Shown here piece by piece: positions 52,271 to 64,000 of a stretch of 64,000 nt of DNA; the first letter of the stretch is position 1; the number at the start of each line of letters is the position of its first letter. Source of the DNA: Felis catus (Eukaryota); the NCBI RefSeq assembly GCF_018350175.1, contig NC_058368.1:175338001-175402000 (forward strand), in the 5' to 3' direction. The position numbers and the translations under genes were made by a program. The notes beneath the pieces were generated by a model. It made no database searches. It worked only from the letters and a program-made list of their open reading frames with translations, and was not told where the DNA came from.

Positions 52271-54984
52271 TAGACCAAGGTTCCCGTTGTGGTACTTGGA
52301 TGAGCTACTCCCTGAGGAGGGGTCTCCACGGGGCATCCGGGGGAGCCGGCCGTCCTCAGCTGGCCTATCCCTTTCTGGCAGATTCGTTAGTGCTTTGGTC
52401 CCTACAGTAAAACTCCCAGCACAGAGGCGGATCCCCAGAGAGGACTCCAGAGAGAAGCTCCCACCTCCCCACGAGCACCTCGGAATGTGAAGACCTAACT
52501 ACACGCCAGGAATCACTGACTCGATCATCTAGCCTCAGAGAGGCCCCAAAGCCCTCGGCCCCACTTCTCAATGCAACAACCTAGGACTAGAAATAAATCC
52601 AGGCTAGATTTGGGTTTCTGCAGGGATGGCATCCTCACCGCTGGGAATACCCGCCGCTCCCCGTCTCCGGGCCCGCCCCTCGCGCGTTCATCCGAGCATC
52701 CGCTCAACACACATTGATGCAGGGCCCACAGCGGGCCAGCTGCTGCCATACGGTCATCGCCTCCAGAGCTTACGGCAGAGACGGGATCAGATGCTGAACA
52801 AGCGAATCACAAAGAAACAATTATGAAACGAGCCCTGGGCAGGACCCGGAACTGTGCGGACCAGGGATAGGGTGGGCCAGGGTGGGAGAAGGGGCTCCAC
52901 CTAAGAGAGTGGCCCAGGATGAGGTGCCAGCCCAAAGACCCACAGAGAGAGTCTAGGGTCCCAGTGGGCCTGGAAGAAGCAGTGTAGCTGACACAGGGGA
53001 CAAGAGGAGAGGCCGCTGAGATGAGGCACCATAGGGCTTTGAGACCAAGGTCACCCTTGTCCTGTCCAGGAGAGGCACTTCCCACGACATCCATCCCCGT
53101 GCTTGCAGCTAACAACCTGCTCAGCCTCGCCTCCCGGGGCCAGTCTGGCCCGTCTCTGCCAGCCTCCAGCTCCGGCCACCACTCCCTGGCTCCACACGGT
53201 CCCCTCCAGCCATGCCCAGCCCCACAGAGTTCTCCTGTCCTTGTGCTTTTCAGCCCGGAACTCCCGGGCTGACGAGGTGTGTCCTTCCTCGTCAGGGAGA
53301 ATGGCTCCTCAGCCTTTCCATCCAACCCCACTGTCCCCTCTCTGCCCGGCTCTGGACAGGGTCTTCCAAGGCTGCTCTGAGGGTGCTTACTCTGTCATCA
53401 TGACCTCTTCATACCTCTGAACCCTCCGTTTCCCAGGGAACACTTCAGGCAGTGAGTATATCTCATCTTTTCCTCTGTGCCCAGCACCATGACTCCTACA
53501 CAGGGGGACGAGTAAACATCTCCTGAACTGGAATGCTGAATCGAATGAAGACCGTGCAATGCACACGTGCACGCACGCACACACATGCACACACACACAC
53601 ACACACTCTTCCCCAGACATACACAAGCAGGCAGACGTTGCAACCTGGTCCAAACCACGCTGCGTGTATCCTGGATGGAGCGCTGAATTACCTGCACTTG
53701 GCCTTCTGGTCTTTTCCATCCCCTATTCTCAATCCCATCCACTACAGCCCCCCAACACGCGCTCAAACGAAAGCACCTTAACCTTGAAAAGGATCAGGAT
53801 TTGGGTTGGAATCTGCTAAGACCTGCCTGAGATTTCTCCTCAAACTTTCGAGCGTAGGTCAGAGAGAGAGAAGACAAAGAACTCAACACGGGGTATGCAG
53901 CTCGCAGTTCTGGCAAAGCCGTGCCAAGACAGGGGCCATAACGACCACCCACCATGAGCCATATGTCCATACAATGACAGTAACAGTGGTAGGAATAGCA
54001 ATACTAATCATAGGTGCTAAGAGTTGTTGGGAACTCACTGTATATGAATATTGGCACAATTGTAGGCAACAGGTAGCATTATTATCCCCACTTAGCCAAC
54101 GGATAAACTGAGGCTCGGAGAGGTTAAGTGACTTGCCCGAGTTCCCACAGTTGGCAGCAGCTAGGTGCAGACAATACACTGAGGCGCCTAAACGGCACCT
54201 TGACCTCTCCATTCCAGAACCAGCCCCGTATCTTCCACCTCAGTCAGAAGACAAGGCCTTTCCTGATTTGTCTTCAACATCCCCCCTGGGGCTCAGCCCC
54301 TTCCTCCCACTGCCTGATGCACCCTGACTCCCCCACCTCTACGTTCTTGCACCTGCTGGCCCTGTATGACCCGGATCAGGTAGCTCCTCTTCCCCAAAGT
54401 CTTCCCCAAAAGTCTTCTTAGCCCCTCCCCTGGCTGCTCACAGCTCTCTGGCACTTTTCTCAGTGCGCCATAATTAACCACCCCTGGTCTGCTTCCCCTC
54501 TTGAGCGGCAGTGTGGAATAACACTTCACATTTCTATTTGCTAAGCACTGGTTATGTGCCAGGCACTGTTTTGGGCACTGGATATGGATTTATCCTTGTA
54601 AGCCGCCCAACAGCCCTATGAGGTAGATACATCTTCATTTTTTTGGATGAGGAAACTAAGGCACAGAGAGGCTACCTCATTGTCGGACTCATACAGTTAA
54701 TTAAACAATACAGTCTGGAGTCTAACTCAATAAAGTATTGGCCCGGGCTCTTCGGCCCATGCGATATTCCCCATAAGGCATTTATTCGCTAAATATCAGC
54801 TGAGCACCTACAATGTGCCAAAAATAATTCTACACATTGGGCATCCAACGCCAAGGACAGGGGAGGTCCCTGCTCTCATAAAGGTTACCCTTTTAGCGAG
54901 TTTCCTCTTGCGTAAAAGGGGGACAACAATAGTCTCTGCCTCTCAGAGTCTGGAGGATTACATCAGATAACGTGAAGCCTTGGA

Positions 54985-55412
54985 GTGAGTTGAGCAGTGG
55001 CCCCCCCAAGAGATACGTGCATGTCCTAATCTCTGGAACCTGTGAATGTGACCTTATTCGGAAATGAAGTCTTTGTAGGTACAATTAAGTCAAAGATCTT
55101 AAGATGAAATCATCCTGGACTATGCGGGCCGGCTCTAAATCCAAGAGTAAGTGCCCTTCTACGGGACACACAGAGGAAGACGAACACCCAAGGAGAAGAG
55201 GGGTCATTTGAATACAGAGGCAGAAACTGGAATGATACCCTGGTGAGCCGAGGGACAGCTGAAGCCACCAGAATCCAGAAGAGGCAGGGAAAGACCCTTC
55301 AGAGGGTGCGCAAGCCTGCCTTGATCTTGGACTTCTGGTCTCCAGAACCGTGAGCCTAAATTTCTATTGCATTAAGCCACACGGTTTGCGGTAATGTGTT
55401 CTGCCACGGCCA
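54985..55412 (+). mobile_element. MaLR LTR (MLT1C/D-like)
   Basis: catgtcctaatctctggaacctgtgaatgtgaccttattcggaaa...ccttgatcttggacttctggtctccagaaccgtgag...taagccac. Confidence 0.85.
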
Positions 55413-58400
55413 CTGTAGTGCCCTCCCACAGTGGCCGGCCATCCTGCACCTGGGAGAGCTCCTTGATTTCTCCCTGTCACCTGACACGTTCCTCGGCATG
55501 TTCTTCAGAAGCACCGACCACTCGGGAAGACCGTCACTTTTCTCAACGTGTGTGGCTCTGGTGCGCTTTCTCAGCCCTTCCCCCTTTAGTGAACTCCTAG
55601 TCATGCTTCAAAACCCAGCTCACAGCACGTTGCCTTTGCTGGCAAGCCTTCCCTTGCCTACTTGTGCCCTCACTACATTTTTTTTTTCCTGCACCACTTA
55701 GCACTCAGCTCCCGTACTGTACCACGGTTGTCTGTTCTCTTGAGTGTGTGTCACGGGGGCAGGGACCTGATCTTGTTTGTCTCTTTGGCCCCGGCTTCCC
55801 GCTCACGAGCTGGCACGGGGTAGGGGGCCAGGTGGACGCGAATGCATATCCCACATTCCCTACCCCACACCCCCTTTCTCATTTTTTGGCACAAAGCGCC
55901 GCCAGCAGCGAATTTCCAGGGCCCTTCTTAACTGTTCCGCAGCCTTGCAGGGTGACCGGATACAATCACTGCACGAGGTCGTCTGCAGTCTTTTGCCTGC
56001 TGCTGGAAGAATTCTTGGTTGCCCCTGAAGTGATTTCCTTGCCTGTCTGCTGTGCCGGTCAAAGATGAGAGGCTTCCTTCAGATGGCTGGGAGGACAGAC
56101 CCGCCATTCTGGGCAGTGTCCACGAAGTTCTTTGGAGGGGGTGGGGGACCCCCAACCCAATAGGGTTCTCCCCCTGCGTCTGTCTCTGGTGAGCTGTGTG
56201 ATCTGGGGCAAACACTTCACCTCTCTGAGCCCGTTTCCTCATCTGTTAAATGGGGGCAAACATCCCAGCCCACAGGACCGCTGGGAGGATTAAATGAGAT
56301 GATGCCTGTAACGTTGCCTGGGGCTGTCCCGGTGCTCGGGGAGGGTAGGGAGGGGGGGCGGAGCTTAACCAATAACAGCAATCACTTACCGCCTGTGCAG
56401 TACTGTGCTGGGTACTGTGTCGAGCACTTTTTGTGTGTTATCTTTTAAAATCTTTCACGGTAAACCTACAAGCCCAATTATTACCCACACTTGACAGCTG
56501 TGCAAACAAAGGCACAGAGGCACAACGTAGCCGGCCCCAGGCCACCTGGTTATTGAGTAGCGGAGCCGGATTGGAAGTCTGGAATATTTGATCCTGCAGT
56601 TCCCCCCGCCCTAACCACTGCCTTTTGGTAAACATGTTTCTGTCCTGCTGCTGCCTTGGCTTGGAATAGTGCAACGAAACAAGACAGCGTGGACTCTAAA
56701 CTTGCTAGGGGTATGTCACCTAGACGTGGAAATCCCAGGAGTTAGGAAGACAGAGGAGAAAAACAGAACCCTTCCACCGACTGCCAAGGATCTAAGATCC
56801 TCATTATGGCAGGAACCATGAATTTCATTAACATTCATGTACTAGAGCCGCGCGGCATCACAATGCCCAATAAACCGCCCTTTTTATGAAAAATGCAAAC
56901 CCTGGAAACCTCAAAGCAATCCAACCACTCACATCGGGGAAATTAAACTTTGTGGGGACATAAAAACGGAGCTGCCCGACACACATTCATCTTTTTGCGT
57001 GTGACAGCTGGAACCTCCAGAGACGGAATTAGGCCACCCGGTGCCTTGCTCCTGGCTCGGTCCCAAAGATCCTGACAATAGGCCTTGAGTGGAAAGTGCG
57101 AGGGGATGGTAGCTTCCATAAATTCTGCCCCGGTGACATTCTGGTTCCCCTAGCCCTCTCCCTAGCACCAAGCTCGTAACTGGAGTAGAGCTTTAGAGCC
57201 AGATTGTCTGGACCGAAAGCCCAGCTCTGTCACTAACCTGCTGTGTGACCCTGGGCAAGTTGCTTGCCCTTGGGAATCCCTGACCTACTTCTCTCTAAAA
57301 TGGGGGTGATACTGATGGCTACCTCATACTGGCTATTGTAAGACAGCATGTGGTAATGCATGAAGCCTTCGGGATGGGCCCCGCCTGTGATAATGACCTT
57401 AGTTAGCACCCATGGAGCACGTACATTTCATGTCCTCAAAACTCGGTGGCGAAGGTATTATCAATGTGCCCATTTCACAGATGGCAATGACTTTACATAT
57501 GTGAAGGCAGAGGGAAGAGTTAAACTCAGGTCTGCCTAACTCAGAAACACAGCTGCCTTACCATATGTTATACTGCTGATAAATCTATAACTTTGTTACA
57601 GTTTATTTTTATTCAAAGCGCATGGCACCATTATAATAAGAACAACATTGGAAATCCAAGAGGAAAACACCCATTATAATCGCGCCATCATCTCAAGTCT
57701 GTTTTTACACACTTGCTATTTATTCTTATCAACACGCATCCCCGCATAAATCTCGATTCCTTCCACTTCTTCCCATTTTACCCATTTGTGGCCCATCCAG
57801 CTTCCTGTGATCACATAGAAAGCATCCTCACATACCGAGTCTGACTCCTCCTTGCCCAAGGCAGACCTCCACTGTATCACCTGCCGAAGGGCTCTGAGTC
57901 ATTACCCTAATCCACACAAAACCGTCACGAGGTACAACCAAGGTGAATAATGCAAAAGGCAAAAGCACCGTGTAAATGCTAACACTCCTTGTGGCCGTCA
58001 CTGTTGCTGTTATAATCGTGCAGGATTAGAGCTGATTTCGGTCCGGGTGTTTCTTCGACGTGAGGACCATCGGGTGTTCCCCTGGGCTGCCCTCACCCGT
58101 GGCCTGTCCTCCCTGACTGACAGGGCAATGGCATCTGTCTTTGGGCTTCCAAGGGCCTGAGGGTCCTACTGGTGATTCTTGTCACTGGGGCAGAAAGGCA
58201 CCTCTGATGGGGGGCATCCCTTCTCTGGTTTTTCCTGCCTTCCCCTCCCAATCCACCATCCCTGCTGGCCCCCAAAAGGCCCCCTAAATTATTCCTCAGC
58301 GCATTTTATCGTGGGGCTGAAGATCCCATCTCGGCCTCGGTGGGCCTGACCTCCTGTCCTGACACAGTGCGTCTACGATTTACTGAGCAACAGAACCGTC

Positions 58401-59994
58401 TAAGGAGACTGACCGGCTGCAGGCTTCTGGGCCTCACACCCAGAGACTCTGGTTCCCTCCATCTGCCCTGACACCCAGAAACCAGCATTTCCACGCAAGT
58501 CCAACAGGTTGGGACGCAGATGGCCTGGAAACTGTAGTTAGAGCAAGGCAAAGACCAAAACTTTGTCCGGCTTCTAGGAGAAGAAAGCAAGAAGCTCACA
58601 TCCTCGATTGGCAAGTACTCGACACGTTACGCATACGAGCTCGCTCAGTCCCAGCCGGCATCCCAGAGAGTGCGTATGGTTGATGCTCCTGCTTTTCAGA
58701 CGATGAGCCTGAGCATTGCAGGCACTGGGTAAGTTGCCAGAATTTTCCAGCCCATCAGTAGTGGAGCGAGATCTAGAAGCCGGATCTGTTGAGATCCAAA
58801 ACACATTTTCTTTCTTCAGCACTGCCCTGGCCCCTGTGTTCCTGGCCCACATCACCAACTGCTATGGCCCCAGGAACCCTCACACACACATGCACATGCA
58901 CACACTGACGCACGCAGGCAAACACACACACACACCAACACAGACACACATATGCACACCAACACAGAGATTCACAGAGACCTACACACGGACACACACA
59001 CACTCCCTCTCTCCCCCTCTCTCTCGCCCTCCCCATTTCCCTCCCTACTTCCTGAAAGTTTTAGACTTCCTGCTACTGGCATGACTTTCTACTCCCTTCC
59101 CCCTGGAGGGTATCTCACAACACACACCAGGAAGCCTTCCTGGACCTATCCCTCCAGAGGGACACCTCTCTGAAGCTCCATGTGCTGGGTCCTGGCCACA
59201 GTCACTTACTGCTCTGTGTTTGCACAACTTCTTGTCCCAACAGCCCACCCCACCGGAACCACGAGCTTCTCCAGGGCAGGGGCTGTGCCTCAGTGACCTG
59301 CCCAGTTCTTGTTCCGGCCCTGCCACAAAGGACATACGCGTCAGCTTTGAAGGACTCACACCCATTTGCTTCAGCCACAGCCAGAGCCAGACCCCAGAGC
59401 AGGGCGGGTCTCCTCCACCCAGGAAGCCCTCCGTGCACATCACGGCCACCCTCAGATGCACACAGCTGTCTCCCTGCATCGCAGCCGACCGCGTCTAGAT
59501 GCAGCCTGCAGCCGTATCTCCATGGAAACACCAGCCCTGCAGCCCAAATAGCCCATTCCATTAAGCTACTTTCATTCCTCAATCCCCTTTCTTGGCGGAA
59601 GAGTTGATTTTTAAAAAAAGGAGAGAGAGAATCAGGTCAGCAAAACTGGTTTGGGAAATTAGAAATCCTCCTCCGAGCTCCGAAGTGTGGCATTGCTGGG
59701 AACGCCAGTAGGGCGTTTCTAAGCCACATAAGCTACCCCACGTCTTCCCATAAATCTTGCAAGGGTGCGAAAGCAGGCCTGCCATTGCTACAACAGCCAC
59801 AGGGCAGAGGGTCCTGGGGGGGGGGTCAGCTGTGCTTGGGGGAGGCAGCAGCTCGGCTCCTCTCCTCCATTTGCCACCTCGGTCCACAAGGAGGACGGAA
59901 TCCGTACCCCATCTTCTACCTGTTCGCCCTTCCCGCCCCCCACACATAACACATGTACCCATCCAGCCCGGAGGAGTCTTGGAGGAATCTTTAC

Positions 59995-60512
59995 AGAGAC
60001 CGTCACCCTTGGAAAGGTCTACTTTCAAGGCTGGTGCTTGGCTGGTGTCTGGGAGCCTGCGCATCAGGAGGGCCCTGCCATTCCCAGAGCTGAGAAGAGT
60101 GGCTCACTGTGCCTTAACTGGACACATCACATGGGTTGTGCTGAACACCGGCCTTCCTTCGGGGGCTCTGGAACTTGGGTACGTGCGGGGCGAGGGGTGC
60201 CGACGCGACCAGCTCCTAGGAAAAACCCCGGGCGCTGAGTCTCTAACGAGTTGCCTGGTAGACACCAGCTCACGCATGTCACAGCTCATTGTTGGGGGAA
60301 TTGGGTGTGTCCAGTGTGACTCCGAGAGGAGAGGACTCTGGAAGCTCGTGCTCGGCTTTGGACTTTGGGCTTTATCCCATGCACCTCCTTCCTTTACCAA
60401 CAGCGTTTTGTATCTTTTTGCTATAATAAAGCATAGTGCCGAAGACAGCCATACCCTGGGCCCTGCGAGCCCTTCAAATGAATCTAGAGGTGGTCCCGGG
60501 GACCTCTGATAC
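59995..60512 (+). mobile_element. Solo LTR, MER68-like (ERVL class)
   Basis: ccattcccagagctgagaagagtggctcactgtgcct...ctgagtctctaacgag...aataaa...ggtggtcccggggacctctgataca resembles MER68 as recalled. Confidence 0.75.
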
Positions 60513-62371
60513 AGCGCCCCTCACTGTCCCCCTTTCTGGTTCCCCTAAAGGAGAGGCATCGTGGATCTTATTTTTCAGAGCCCAGCAGGCAAATCTATGG
60601 ACGCTATGTCTTCAAAGACGGGCCCCAGGTTCCAGCCCGTAATCTTGCCCTCCCTGCCCCTCTGAGTTCAGGCCCCACGAATATCTCTTCTTTTCTTGCT
60701 TCGTGGATCATGACAGGGTAAGGGTCTCCTCCTTCCTGCACAGGAGGAGTCTGAGCCATCTCTTCTCCGGTCTGTACCTCCTCTCCCTGTGGGTGATCAC
60801 TGGGTCAGCCTGACGTTAGGATTTGGGAGCAAACGCTCTCTCTCTCCTATCTCCCAGCTCATGTGTTTCCTCCCTCTGGTGAAGCATCTTCCCTCAGATG
60901 CTTTCGACTGCCTTTCCTCCAACCGTAGTATGAGATCCCTCTTTGGGGTGAGGGTGGGCAAACCAAGAGGAGAAGCCAGTGACTCTCTAGGCCTCCCACC
61001 AATAGATACAAGCCCACTCTGCTCATGGAAGAAGCTGTCTCTCAGGTTATCGGGTGTTCACCAGGAGTACTTTGCCTCCTAATGTACGGACATCCGTGGC
61101 AGGGAGCCTCGGAAGGAAAGAATGGAAAGATTCTGGCACCCAAAACTCTTCCTAGCTCTGGTCAATCTACAGACGTGGGTATGTGGACTGACTCCACAGC
61201 CTCTCGGCCCATTCAAGATGCTCACCATTGTCAACTTCAGGTAATACCTAGAAGCTGAGCCTTCCCTCAAGGCCCAAATATTCTCGGGTCAGCCGGATAT
61301 GTTTCAGTGTGGCCTCAGGTGGAATATTTTTCCATCAGTCTGTTCTGTCCTGATGAAGAGAGAAGAGTGGAATGGTGGTCCCATTTACACGTCCCCGGCC
61401 TCAGCTTTCTCATCTGGAAACTGGGATCATAATAACTACCTTGAAGCCCCGGGGTAAGGGTGAAATGAGATCACTATGTGAAAATACTGAGTACAGTGCC
61501 GGTCACGGAGTCAGTGCCCAGAGATGTCCATCCCATTCTTAGTCCTCACCAAGGATCTGGGAGGAATAAACATACCTCAGGATCTAAAATCTTATTTCCT
61601 CTGTCCCACAGTTCCACGCTTTGGATGATGGTTTGTCTGTTTGTTTTTCATGCCAAACAAAGTGCACTCATTGAATGCTAATGAATTCATTCTCTTATTT
61701 TTAGATTCCTTGGACTGAAGGACAGACCTGTGAAGGAGAGGGAACCAGAGTGACCCAAACAAAGACCCCATGATGTTTTTGTAGGTCTGTTTGCCTAGTC
61801 AGAAGGAAAGAAAGTGTTTGGGTCTTAGGAAATACCTGGCCAAGACTGAAGACAGCCATCACTACAGGCCAGGGCTGGTCTGAAGCCGGTGCAGACTCAG
61901 AACAGACGTGCTCTCTACTTTCAGCTCCCCCCCCCCCTCGCTTTTTTGCATGACTTTGGACAAGTTCTGCGACGTCTCTAAGCCTCAGTTTCTTCATCTC
62001 TAAGACGGGCGTTACAATGATTCCTAGCCCACAGAAGCCCTGAAAGGTGCCGTGAGGTGACCCAGATCGGATTAGCTTTGCTCTGAAGCAGGACACGTTC
62101 AGCAAATGGCAGAAGGATTTCTGTCACGTTACCTCTTGGACGGAACTGCTGACCCTAAAATGGCGTGATAGGCCTCGAGAGTGAGCATTCGTTTTGTTCA
62201 CGCCCATATTCTGTTTAATGCCTCTGCCGGGGTCAGTTCCTGGAGAAGGAGTTGCCTTTGTTTATAGGCTGTGCTTCCATATCCAAGATGATTGCATTGC
62301 AAAGGTTTAAGAGGGACAGTAAGAATTATTAAACACAGTATAGTTGTTTTAACTTTATTTCTTATTTGTAA

Positions 62372-62585
62372 TTTTTTTCAACGTTTATTTATTTTTTGGG
62401 GGTACAGAGAGAGACAGAGCACGAACGGGGGAGGGGCAGAGAGAGAGGGAGACACAGAATCGGAAACAGGCTCCAGGCTCCGAGCCATCAGCCCAGAGCC
62501 CGACGCGGGGCTCGAACTCACAGACCGCGAGATCGTGACCTGGCTGAAGTCGGACACTTAACCGACTGTGCCACCCAGGCGCCCC
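62372..62585 (-). mobile_element. Young SINEC_Fc (sense to NSG2)
   Basis: 17-bp TSD tcttatttgtaattttt at 62360-62376 and 62586-62602. Confidence 0.95.
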
Positions 62586-62653
62586 TCTTATTTGTAATTT
62601 TTAAAACCAACCCTATAAGGTAGGTCTTATCATTTATAAATGAGGAACATAAC

Positions 62654-62886
62654 GGGCTCCTGGGTGGCTCAGTCGGTTGAGCATCCGACTTTGGCTCAGG
62701 TCATGATCTTGCATTTCATGGGTTCGAACCCTGCGTCGGGCTCTGTGCTGACAGCTCAGAGCCTGGAGCCTGCTTCGGATTCTGTGTCTCCCTGTCTCTC
62801 TGGGCCTCCCCCACTCATGCTCTGTCTCTCTCTCATGCTCTCTCAAAAATAAATAAACATTTAAAAAAATTTTTTAAATAAAATAC
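62654..62886 (+). mobile_element. SINEC (Fc2-like; antisense to NSG2)
   Basis: TSD atgaggaacataa at 62640-62652 and 62887-62899. Confidence 0.94.
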
Positions 62887-64000
62887 ATGAGGAACATAAG
62901 ACCCAAAGACATTAAGTCACTCTCCTAAGTAAACTCAAATAATGAACTGAGAAGCAGAATTTGAACTCAGGTATGATCCCAAAGGCTGGGATCTTCCACT
63001 CATTCTACTTCCTCTGGAATGGCTACTATTAGAGTGGCTGTTTGGAATACAAAGGTCTTCTCCATCCCTAAACCAAAAGGATTGTATTATTACACTATTT
63101 GGCCAGCTCCCCATGGAAGCCCCCAAAAACCCATTAAAGAAGCCTATTCTCCAGAGCCCCAATGAATCCCACTAAGTAAATTGCTTTTTGAAAGGAAAAG
63201 GAAAATGAAACATCTGTGGCCTGAAACTTTATATGAACAATAATTCAAGGGTCTTTCTCAGAACCCGGAAAGGGAAACCCCCTATGGAAGGGGTGTAGAA
63301 GTGTGGACCCAAGTAGAGCCAGGAATTCATTAACGTTTGTAGAGCCCTTGAAAGAGAAAAAGCACAATTTAAACTGGAACATTCCAAAGCAATTCTTTTC
63401 TCAGCTTAATTTGCTATTGGCATAATCATGAGAAAGAAGAAATGAGGGTCTGGGGGCCCAGCTTATGTGGGAGACAAACCTCTGGCCTCCTGAAGTATTT
63501 TTCATTTCCAAAGTACGAACCATTGTTCGACTTGGGCCAGAGGACGTGAAGACCTCTGACAGGGAGGCTGTTACAGGATGGAGAGGCTGAGGGCTTACTT
63601 CACAAGGTTGTGCCTTTCTGAGTTGACGAATGAAACACAAACACAGAATAGAGATATAAGCAAGTGCATCCTTGATCCAAACAACCTATTAAGATGCAAG
63701 GAGTCAGCATTTCCTGGTCACCTACTATGTGCAAGTATAGAACAGCCAAGCAACATAAATGAGAGAAGAGGGTTGGTGGTGAGGCAATAGGACTGGGGTA
63801 ACTGAGGTGGGGGGGAAAGGCCACATCTACAGGGGACAGCGGCAGCTCAGACCCAGGCAAATGCCGCCAAGGACAGGAATGAGGACCTATTACAGCTGAT
63901 TTTCTGCTTTTTCAAGAAAAGACGGAGATTCTGAACTTCAAGTGAAACATCCCACTTTTCAAATTAGGGGCCGCAGGTGCAAAATTATGTTTTCTTTCAT

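Noticed and set aside
51168..52336. Overlapping 201-aa and 233-aa minus-strand ORFs
   Set aside because: Largely within a degenerate L2 fragment; Pro/Ser/Leu-rich composition typical of chance GC-rich frames.
59757..60509. Longest ORF (250 aa)
   Set aside because: Mostly overlaps a MER68-like LTR; no recognisable domain or splice context.

Overview
Mammalian (felid, cat-family) genomic DNA, judged from the many tRNA-derived carnivore SINEs of SINEC_Fc type and carnivore L1 3' ends. The only protein-coding sequence I can support is the 3' part of NSG2 (HMP19/P19; calcyon/NEEP21 family) on the minus strand. It comprises a 111-nt transmembrane exon (47431-47541), a last coding exon (46320-46511), a ~1.6-kb 3' UTR with AATAAA at 44701-44706, and a long upstream intron running off the right end of the window. 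Positions 1-44.6 kb are intergenic sequence downstream of NSG2, with ~25 SINECs, L1/L2/MIR fragments, MaLR LTRs, DNA-transposon relics, microsatellites and a few repeat-free AT-rich blocks that may be conserved enhancers. The intron adds solo ERVL-type LTRs. Nearly all listed ORFs are spurious (SINE, low-complexity or GC-rich frames). I found no evidence of a new biological system. The best leads are a strong in-frame alternative splice donor in NSG2, a SINE dimer flanked by a single TSD, an intronic inverted SINE pair and a templated duplication at an LTR end. Repeat family names come from recall of consensus sequences, not from a search.
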